From NCBI RefSeq assembly GCF_006345805.1, contig NW_021836343.1, positions 1 to 24,646 on the forward strand: a DNA stretch of 24,646 bases, in the 5' to 3' direction. Below, one piece after another: positions 1-9,097 of the stretch. Below the pieces are notes generated by a model that saw nothing but the letters and a program-made list of their open reading frames with translations, did not search any database and was not told the origin of the DNA. Positions within the stretch are counted from its first letter, which is position 1, and every line of letters starts with the position of its first letter. Source of the stretch: Octopus sinensis. Lineage: Eukaryota. A program made the position numbers and the translations under genes.

Positions 1-282
1 TTCTTTAGTGATGCTATTAAGGGCCAGGGCAACATTATTTAACACAATGGATGTTGCGGGGGCTCCGTAAACGGACGTACTTTCGCAGGTTCCCGAGCTC
101 CTGCTAGTTAAATAGATCTCGCGTCGTAACGCGTGTGTCATGCAACACTTGTTAAAGGGAAAGATTTTACTCTTGATTTGATGGACTTTGACTCTTTCTT
201 TTCTGAGAATCATATTCCTCCATTACCTTTAGTAAGTCGTGTATCACTAATTAATCCTTGGTCACTGTTGTTGAACGTAAGT
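1..282 (-). pseudogene. Partial second copy of the partitivirus-like RdRp endogenous viral element (continues beyond window start)
   Basis: Co-linear match to 5823-6112 apart from several 1-2 nt indels; covers the HARSHL...KVRAVYGAP region. Confidence 0.88.
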
Positions 283-295
283 AAAATAATAAAAT

Positions 296-379
296 ATGGC
301 TAGAACAAAACAAACTGCTCGAAAATCTACTGGTGCAAAAGTACCAAGGAAACAGTTGTCTGCAAAATCTGCTCGCAAG
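296..379 (+). pseudogene. H3: Histone H3 N-terminal tail fragment (28 codons, possibly to SGGV at ~418); no histone fold follows
   Basis: [28 protein letters not shown], preceded by 13 nt of A/T-rich leader (283-295). Confidence 0.85.
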
Positions 380-470
380 CTGTCTGCACTAAGAAGACTA
401 TGCAGAAGTGGAGGTGTTCCGTTCCCGCTCGCTCTCCCAGAAGGACAAGACGGTTCAGTGTGCCACTACG

Positions 471-2120
471 ATGAATTGCCGGAGCCGTGGTTCACCGCCA
501 CGCGCTTCCGGCTATTCTAGTGGTGTCTTTAATTTTCTAGGCGAAAGCAGGAAGGAGAAGTCGAAGCCTGGACCCTCCCAGGTGGGTTCAGCACTCACTG
601 GAGACACTTCTTCCTCTGCTCCCCCTATGGCTGGTGTCGGGGGAGCTGCAGTGCAACTGGTTCTGATCGTTTGGTATCCACCACAACCGCACAGCATGCT
701 GGTTCGCCACGTGTTTGCGGTTTGTCTAGTGGTACCAAACCCAGCCTAGGTAAGTCAATTAATGCCAACAGGGTGTCGTCTCCTGAGGCCGTCCCGTGGG
801 TACGGCAGGAAATAAGGTTGCCCTTGAGGACGGTTGGTACACGGTGGGGAAACCCAAACGTGCGGCTGGCCGTCCAACCCCCCCTAATGTTTTAGGTACT
901 GGGTGTGTGTCCGATCAGGCGGATGCACACCCAAAGAAGACCACTGGCGCCGGGGGCAGAATTACCTTCGGTGCTGTGGCACGACTTGAGGTCCTCCCTA
1001 CAAGTGGGAAGGCCTCGGTCATAAAGATCTTAGGTACGTTAGACTCTATCCAGCCTTCAAAGCTGTATAGAGTCCTGAAGAGGGAGCCACCCCATTCCTG
1101 CTTGGGTGGGAGAAGGAGGATGACTTCTCCAACTTCAAAGGGGAGCTGGAGAAGTCAAATCCGTTCGGTCCTGGCATGCATCGCCTTGTCAGGATCGAAC
1201 GTAAGGTAAGTAAGGTAAGTGTCCTCCTCCTCGGGGTTCCTCGGGACTTCGAGGATAATGACCTCCTAGGTCATCTGCAGCAGGAGTACCCCAGTGCCTC
1301 TGCCATTGCACGCTTCAAGCAGGGTAATCGCCCTCTTGAAGTGGTGGAGATACACTGGGATCTCCTGCAGAAGCTGAGCGCCTGGTACTTCTTGGTACCA
1401 GGATCGGCTACATTAGGATGAGAGCTGCCTGGCCCCGCCCGAAAGCCACCCAATGCTTTCGGTGTCAGGGGTTCGGGCACATCTCCACAAGTGCCCGGAT
1501 AAGGCGAAGTGCCTTATTTGCGGTGGGGAGCATGGTCGCAAGACGTGCCCCTCACCATCCAAGGAGAGGCAGTGTGTCAACTGTGGTAAGTTGGGACACA
1601 CTGCCAACTTCAGAGGTTGCCCCAAGTTCAAGGAGGCAACCCGAAAGGTAGGTGGGGATGTAATCCCAACAGTAAGTCGCCGCGTCGCGTCGCGCGCCCT
1701 GCGCCAAAACCTGGCAAGCAGGCGATACTGGCCAAACCTTCCAAATCCGTTTGGGTGGCGAAGACAGTGGAACCTGTGAGCCATGCTACGTGTGGGTCGG
1801 TGCAGCCTTCGCCGACAAAGTTGGCAAAGCAGGTGAAAGCTTCCGAGTCCGCTTGGTTGCCTAAGCCGGCAATGCCTTCTGAGGCGGCTAACGGCGGCGC
1901 CGTCCGGCACAACCTGGGGCTGAAAAGGCGTCCTCCATACGTGGAGATGCCATTGCACTCAGCCCCTGGCGAGCGTGTACCGCAGGACAGTATTAGTCCT
2001 GCGGTGCAATTATGCGTTTCCCTATTAAAATTTTGTAGGGAGATGAATTGCAGTGTAGAGGAAATGCTACACTGCAACGTTGCCGAGGCCAAGAAGATCC
2101 TTGGCGAAGAACCGATATGA
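471..2120 (+). CDS. LINE-A ORF1 gag-like nucleic-acid-binding protein, split by several frameshifts; start codon tentative
   Basis: Joined frames give [12 protein letters not shown](K)[14 protein letters not shown] and [16 protein letters not shown], then a K/P/A-rich tail ending GEEPI*. Confidence 0.75.
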
Positions 2121-4729
2121 TGCTCAACATCATATCGGTGAACGCGCGTTCCTTGGAAGGAAAAAGGGACGCCGTTCAGAGGATGTTGGCCACCACGAGT
2201 GCGGACATTCTGGTGGTCAACGAAACGAAGGTAAAGGGGGGTCCGTACGTAGTTGATGGCTACAACTGTCGTCACATACCCTGGAAACAGGGGTCAATAT
2301 GTGGCACAGGAACTAGCCTCTTCTACAAGCCCTACCTTGCCTTGCAGAGTCCAGGTATATGTTCATGTAGCTTGTGTGAATTCCTCCAAGTGAGAATTCG
2401 CATAGGCGAGTTAACATTTTACCTAGGTGGGATGTACTCGAAGAACTTTACGGCGTGCTCCTGGCACGTACGGGAGTTCTTTGAAAAGCATCCGAAGGCC
2501 ATGGTTGTTGGGGACCTGAATGCCAAGCATCAAGATCTTGGTTTCAGGGTAACCAACTCGCATGGTTTGGCTCTGAAGACGCTGGTTGAAGACCTCGGGC
2601 TGGAAATCCGGACTTCGAGCGAGCCAAACCACGTCGACGCGAGGGGAGGACGTGACTGGCTAGGGCTTGCTCTGGTCAGTCCCGGTCTTCTAAATTGGGT
2701 TAGTAAAACTATTTTTTGTCCGATATTGGGAGCGACCATCTGCCTCTATTGCACGAACTCCGTGAGCCAGTTCCTCAAAGGGTCCCAGGATACTTTGACC
2801 TCCGGGTGGGTTCCTGGGCTAACCTGGAGAGTTTCATGGCCAGCAGGTTGCCCTCACTTCTGGTGGGGAATACCTGCGCCAACATACGTGAGTTGGAGGC
2901 GCTTGATAATGGAATCAATGCTGCCCTGACTGATTACATGCGAGATAATTTCAAACAAAACTCAGTGCAGGGTCAGGCACATTCCACGCTCCCTCACCGG
3001 ATCTTAAATAAAATTAGGTTCAAGCGCCGGCTATCCAGACTACGGGACAAATGCGTTTACGAGGAGAACCGTGTTTGGTTTCGTGGCTGGATTAGCCGGC
3101 TTCAGAGGGAGATCCGAAGAGAAATCCGCGAACTCGAAAGTTCGCGGTGGGAGAGGGCCTGCCGAAGGGTGGACCCTCGCTTTCCGGACTTCTGGAAGCA
3201 GTTGAAGAGCCTGTCGGGGGGAAGAAGGGGGCTAAGTCAGTGCGCCTTAAACGCTCTGATGGAACCCTCGCTTCGGACCCGGTTGAGGTGGTTGAAATAC
3301 TTTCAGCCCATCTCAATGGCATCTCGGGAACTGACGGAAGTCAGTTCGTAGAGACATCGTCCTTTGATACTGTCCAGCAGATATTGTCGTGGGACAAGCG
3401 CTGCCAGCTGGGCATATCAAGGAACGATGCAGGCGAAATTACTGAAGCGGAGATTCTGGCAGCAATCTCCCGAAGTAAGAACACCGCGGCGGGTTGGATC
3501 GGATCCCGATGGCCATCTTTAAGAAGGCCCCGCCGCGGTTAATCACTGCACTAAAGGTTTTATTTAACGGGAGCTTGCGACTTGGGATGATTCCCTCCAG
3601 GTGGAAAGTGGCTGAGGTAATCCTTATCGGAAAGCCCGGGAAGCCACATGATGTCCCCGGGGGATATAGGCCCATTTCCTTGCTCCCCGCAATATCTAAA
3701 ATCCTAGAAAGAATTATGCACCAAAGGCTCCTGGAGGAGCTGATGGTTGCAGACGCCCTCCCTGAGTTCCAATGGGGCTTCAGGGAGGGCCGCTCATGCG
3801 GGGACTGCCTTCACAAGGTGTCGTCTGGTATGAAGAACGCCCTCCAGAAAAGGGAATGCGGTATTTTAGTTAGTCTCGACATTGAAAAGGCCTTTGACTC
3901 GGTGTGGCACGACGGCCTCCGGAGTTCCCTTGCCACGTGTGGGGTTTCTCCGTGTCTAAGGCGCTGGCTGTCGGGGTTTCTTGAATCTCGCAGGCAGGTC
4001 GTGCGGCATCAGGGGGTCTTTTCTAAAGTCGCAACAGTCCTTCGCGGGGTCCCTCAGGGCTCTGTGCTCAGTCCGACACTATTCAATGTGTTTATGGCCA
4101 CTGCGCCTATGCCAGTCAATGCTCGTACTGAAATGGTAATCTATGCAGACGACATTATCCTCTGGGATCACTCAATGAAACCGGAGTGTGCGTGTCGTAG
4201 GCTTCAGGTTGCTGTGGATGGACTTGCAAACTGGTGTGGGAGTAGGGGTCTGAGAATGTGCGCGGACAAGTGCAGTGTCCTTAAAGTCTGTAAAAGGACG
4301 AGGGGTTACACTAATTTTGTTCCTAGGTTATTGCTGAGCGGGTCAGCAATCGCTGCAGTTGATCGGATGACTTATTTGGGCGTGCTCTTTAAGCCGTCCG
4401 GTAAGTTTGATGATCACATTGCACGTACGAAAATGCGTGCAATGCAGCGATTAGGTGCGTTGCGTGCTTTCCGCTTGAGCAGAGGTGCCTGGTTCCGCGT
4501 GTTTAACGCCATGGTGTTACCCGTCTTGACCTATGGCGTCCACGCTTGGTACCTCTATGAGGACAGGGATAAGCATGTTGACGTGCTTAAAAAAGTAAGA
4601 AGACGAGCCATAAGGCTAGCCTATGGCTTAGGATTCCGGACTGAGCTCTCCGACGCCCAGGAATCATCTCTCAAAGGCCTCTCTGAGGTCCTAGAGAAGA
4701 TTATTTCTGGATGGCAGGTAAGGCGGTAA
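2117..4729 (+). CDS. LINE-A ORF2 endonuclease-reverse transcriptase (~870 codons, frameshifts near 2715, 3230, 3500)
   Basis: APE motifs SVNARSL, VVNETK, VGDLNA, GSDH; RT motifs YRPISLL, QWGFR, LDIEKAFD, GVPQGSVLSP, YADD, YLGV. Confidence 0.92.
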
Positions 4730-4837
4730 GTCTTAACCTGTGGTTGTGTGTAGGGAGGCGTGTGTGAGATGGAGACTGAAAAGGCAGCGATGCCGAAGGT
4801 CTACTTAGTTAGTTTTTAACTCCCTTAACTTATAATG

Positions 4838-4847
4838 TTTTTTTTTT
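4838..4847 (-). other. T10 tract, i.e. A10 tail of the partitivirus plus strand, abutting the LINE-A 3' UTR
   Basis: Ten Ts lying 15 nt beyond the inferred RdRp stop codon (4863-4865). Confidence 0.65.
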
Positions 4848-4862
4848 CCCCCTTCCCGTTTC

Positions 4863-6496
4863 TCATGATGCTTTCATCATGAACTTCCACCAATTATCGT
4901 CAGATATTTGCCCGATCTTGACTAGAGGCAAAAGCCTCAACTCTTGAAGGATTGGAACATTATCATCGAATTTTTCGATGATGACTTTCAGTCTTTCAAG
5001 GTCATACCAATCGAGTTCATCCATTGACATTTGAACATTTTGAGATGTTTAATGATGTCATAACATATCGCATGAACTGATTCGTCATAGCCTAAGTTGG
5101 CAATCATAATGCCTAAAGCCCTTGACTTTGTATTCTCCACGGTGAATGGGGCATTCTCAGGGTATAAAAGTTTCCCAAGAAGGTTATTATTCACTCTGAT
5201 AACAGCTCCTTCACATATCCGGTAGGATAGAAATTGAAGTGTTGAAAGAGTACAAATCGCAGTCTTGTCGACATTAAGTTTCGCGTTAAAATGTTTTGCG
5301 CAGTATTTAGAAATGGATTCAAGAATAAGGAGGGGACTTTCTCTTGAATTAAAGGAAATAAGTGAATCATCACCCATTACTTTAACGTGAAAGTCTTTTC
5401 GCTTAAATCCACGGCTAAGCATTGCAGAAACTATCATCACATAGTTGCAACAAGAGCCTAATAACTGTGTTTGAAATTGGCCCGAAGGTAAACCAGAATG
5501 AATTCTTTTGTAACGGCTACCATTTTGAAATCTATAAATACCATTCTTAATTGAATAGTTCATAAACTTCCAGAGTCGTTCGATTCTTTCAGGTGAAGTT
5601 GCAGGATGTGGATAGTTAAAATCGTCTTCGTAATAAGGCCCTAGCTCATATAACGATTTCCAGATTTTATGGACTTCGTCAATCAGCCAGAAAGGTATCC
5701 TTTTATCAAACCCCGAAAAATCAAGGTTGAGATGATGCTCATAAGAATGGACATCATCGCGTAATCGGATAAGACCTCCACGAAAAGTTTCGTATCCCCA
5801 AGCAATTATGCTTTTGTGTCTGTTCTTTAGTGATGCTATTAAGGGCCAGGGCAACATTATTTATACTACAATGGATGTTGCGGGGGCTCCGTAAACGGCA
5901 CGTACTTTCGCAGGTTCACCGAGCTCTCTGCTAGTTAAATGAGATCTCGCGTGGACGCGTGTGTCATGCAACAACTTGTTAAAGGGAAAGATTTTACTCT
6001 TGATTTGATGGACTTTGACTCTTTCTTTTCTGAGAATCATATTCCATCCATTACCTTTAGTAAGTCGTGTATCACTAATTAATCCTTGGTCAAACTGTTG
6101 TTGAACGTAAGTTTTAAATTCATAACTTTCAACATAAGGTAGTTCTACTGAACCAGCCTTATTTATCTTGCAAAAACGAATTCCAGCAAAATGAACTGTC
6201 TTCAAGGGTTCGGTATCTTTCAATTCACTTCTTAGCGAATTTAACGCAATACTGAACTCCGGTAAGGCAAGTTTTTCAATTTGGGAAGTATCGTGTTTCA
6301 AAAGATCTTCAAAAAGTGCCTTGTTATCGATGGGACCACGGAAGAAGTCTTGTTCAATCTGATCAGCTGCAGGTTGACCTAAAACTTTTTCAATAGCACG
6401 AAAGGCGATTCTTTCTACTTTTTGGTTTGAGTTTGGGATCTTATAGGAACGGGAAGGGGAAGGACGTGAAACTTGGACAATATTGATATTACTCAT
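4863..6496 (-). pseudogene. RdRp: Endogenous partitivirus-like RNA-dependent RNA polymerase, near complete (~544 aa reconstructed)
   Basis: ORFs 5861-6520 and 4988-5857 are in one frame, separated by TAA at 5861-5863. Motifs KVRAVYGAP, DFSGFD (5705-5722), SGQFQTQLLGSCCN, GDD (5366-5374), KLLYPE. One frameshift near 5040 restores a C-terminus VQMSMDELDWY...WWKFMMKAS*. Confidence 0.92.
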
Positions 6497-6510
6497 AAAA
6501 CAATTCTTTC

Positions 6511-7660
6511 GAACAGCCAAATGGTTTATCTATGATTCCAAAGGCAGGGAAACCTAAAGACCGTGCAGAAAATTTCCGACCCATAAGTCTCATCTGCTCC
6601 ATATCAAGAATCATGGAACGTATAATCTTTAACAGATTATCTATTCTCGTGGAGGAGTCAGGTTACCTGGCTAAAGAACAATGGGGTTTCCGACGTGGGA
6701 AGTCCTGTGGGAACTGCTTTGCCCAACTGGAAACGCAAATCTCGAGGGCCCTTACACACAAGATGGGGATGACAGCTGTTTGTCTGGACATTTCAAAGGC
6801 GTTCGACAGCGTTTGGCACCTATGCCTCCTGGAAAGGATCATCAGTATCCACCCGGGGCAAAGGACTGTCAAATGGCTAGAGAATTTCTTACACATGCGA
6901 AAGTCTTTTATCAGATGTGGTAACCGGACCTCGGATACAATCAATCTAAGGAGGGGAGTGCCTCAAGGGTCGGTCCTGAGCCTCTACTTTTCAACTTATA
7001 CGTTGCCGACATCCCGAAACCAGTAAATCCGGAGAGTCTACTAATTATCTATGCGGACGACATATTGGTTACGGATCTGTCGCGATCTAAGGACCTCTCT
7101 TGGAAAAGGCTGAGGGAATATGTAGTGAGGGTTGAGTCTTGGGCAATGGAGAAAGCCCTCTCTATAGCACGAGACAAGTCCACCATCACGTGGATTTCTA
7201 AAACTCGGAAAGGAAGAGAACCACTTCTGGAGACAATGGGACTAAGAATTTCTGACGATCTACGCTACCTTGGGGTAACGATCGGGACTGACGGATCGTT
7301 CCTTAAGTTCGTGGAATCTAGAAGAAGGAAATGTTCCGGGATCCTGAGAAGCCTTATACGCTTCCATCTCTCCCCAGACACCTTTCTCTTCATCTATAAG
7401 GCGACTGTAGAACCAGTCCTTATCTATGGACATGAAGGTTGGTACCCTACAGACGAGAGAAATCGCATAATCACCAAACTGGAGAAAACAAGGCGCTTTG
7501 CGATTAAACTGGCGTATAAGTTACGGCTTGATCAGGATCTCCCCAGAGAGCTAGACGAACAAACTCAAAACATTCGGCAAGTCCTCTGCTCATTGCAAAG
7601 GGCATGAGAAGTGAAAAGGAAAGCAAGGAGGAGGCTTTCGGTGTCTCGATTTTAATAAAA
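6511..7660 (+). mobile_element. 5'-truncated LINE (LINE-B, relative of LINE-A): RT domain to natural stop (7607) plus short 3' UTR
   Basis: IPKAGK, NFRPISL, QWGFR, LDISKAFD, GVPQGSVLS, YADD (after a frameshift near 6980). C-terminus AIKLAYKL...IRQVL aligns with LINE-A AIRLAYGL...LSEVL. AATAAA at ~7654. Confidence 0.9.
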
Positions 7661-8680
7661 CCTTTTCATATAACTCTTCTCTTTCGGTTGCTAAGTCAAT
7701 AAAATCTGTTCGTTCGTTCGTTCTCATGATGTTGGAGAACTTTGACTCGACTGGGTCAATTATATTAGGTCTTCTTGACCTCTTGACTCCTGTGGTGTAC
7801 TCATGAACTGTCATAGTGGAAATGTCACCAGGGTTTTTGATTTCTGGATGCTCCTGAGGGGTCATCATTGATATTTGCATGGCGATGCTTTGCTCTCTCT
7901 CCACACATTTACTTGACAAGGTTCTCAACTCCGTGTGCTCAAACGTTGTCAGATAGGGATGATACCTCATCCTTTTGAGCATTAATTTGATTAGTCTCGA
8001 CTCTGCCCTGACTTGCGGGTCAGCAAAATAAGCCACTTGAGATCTTATCTCGGGGTGCCTAGAGAAGATCTCGATCTGTTCATCTGTAACATCCGGATAA
8101 AATAATTTGATTTGTTTTTCAAACCCATTTAACTCTTTCTCCTGGCCTATAAGATCCATGATAGCAGCGTCTGGATTGACATCGACTGCAGACTTGACCA
8201 CAGCGCCACCTCTTGCTAAGTGATAAAATACCATAGCACTCACAATAGCGTTCCCGTCAGAGCATAAGCTCTTAGCATTGAAAAACGCGTTATTGACAAC
8301 AATCCCACACAAGGTAGTAAGGATTTTGTCTCCTTACAATATAAAAGGCTGCAGAGGTCAAAAATTGCTGTGAGAATCCTGTTGCATGGTCAAGAAAAGA
8401 AAGAAAAAATGGTCAAGAATAAACAAAATCTCTCATCAATCAAACCTTGCTCCAAAGTTCAAAGCGGCAAAGCCACAGCCCTTTTGCGAACCCATCAAAG
8501 CTGAATATCCCACCGAACTTCCGAACCCTAATGTGCCTCAAAAACACAGTGAGACCCAATGCCATCAGACGACAACTGAGCCTAACAGCTCAAGCCTCAC
8601 ATATTCTCTGAGTATCGAAAACCCGGCACTTGGAAAGATCAAGAGGTTTAACCCCCTATCCAAGTCGCCAACTGCCAAGA
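7660..8680 (-). pseudogene. Candidate negative-strand RNA virus (Mononegavirales-like) nucleoprotein endogenous viral element
   Basis: ORF 7590-8312 contains HPYLTTFEHTELRTLSSKCVEREQSIAMQI, with the same spacing as the paramyxovirus N core [30 protein letters not shown]. Coding-like frames continue upstream to ~8680 across frameshifts. By-eye match only. Confidence 0.45.
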
Positions 8681-8719
8681 TATTAAGAAAAATTTATTTA
8701 AAGAAAAAAAATGTTGATT

Positions 8720-9060
8720 AGTTTCTAAACTTGCCAGGTCTCTGCTATCTTCTTGTATTTCTCTGCCATCTTCGGACTCCAGTATCACCATACCAGTGGG
8801 TGAGAATCCTTTGACATAGTATATTCTTGTATCATGGTGCTCATTTAGAGACCGCTTCTGCGTCCCTTTATTTTTGTCTGTTTTAACTCTTCGAACAACT
8901 TTTTCCTCAATTTTAAAAACAGAGGTGTCATTCTTCCACATGTTTTTAGCATTTTTTCTTCCGCCGCATACGAGTACTGGACAGCCTTTGTCCTTGTACT
9001 ACTGACGGTAAACCATTTCCAAGCCATATAATTCTCTACGTTATCTTTTTCATCCATGTT
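8720..9060 (-). pseudogene. Possible integrase C-terminal (SH3-like) fragment of Polinton/Ginger type
   Basis: FKIEEKV...KNKGTQKRSLNEHHDTRIYYV...LESEDGREI resembles FKVGDKV...KKGTFEKGYTPNWTEEIFTI...LKDLNGEEI; no DDE core seen. Confidence 0.3.
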
Positions 9061-9097
9061 GGATCAATCCAAATCTGCGAATAGGAGATTAAGTTCT

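Larger units (their letters stand above)
420..4837 (+). mobile_element. Near full-length APE-type LINE (LINE-A, Jockey/I-group-like); 5' boundary uncertain (~380-455)
   Basis: Gag-like ORF1 with three zinc knuckles, ORF2 with APE and RT, ~108 nt 3' UTR; no RNase H, no own poly(A) and no TSD seen. Confidence 0.9.

Noticed and set aside
277-282. GTAAGT splice donor at the virus/H3 junction
   Set aside because: The hexamer is part of the viral sequence in both copies and no plausible acceptor precedes the ATG.
1271-2739. Minus-strand ORFs over LINE-A (also 17582-18473 plus-strand ORFs)
   Set aside because: Shadow frames of GC-rich ORF1/ORF2 sequence with no independent motifs.
4830-6530. Target-site duplication around the partitivirus insert
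   Set aside because: Flanks share only a few A/T bases, and the two sides belong to different LINE families.
8386-8721. 111-aa plus-strand ORF as a gene
   Set aside because: No motifs; lies antisense to the candidate nucleoprotein, and its start falls in a local duplication.
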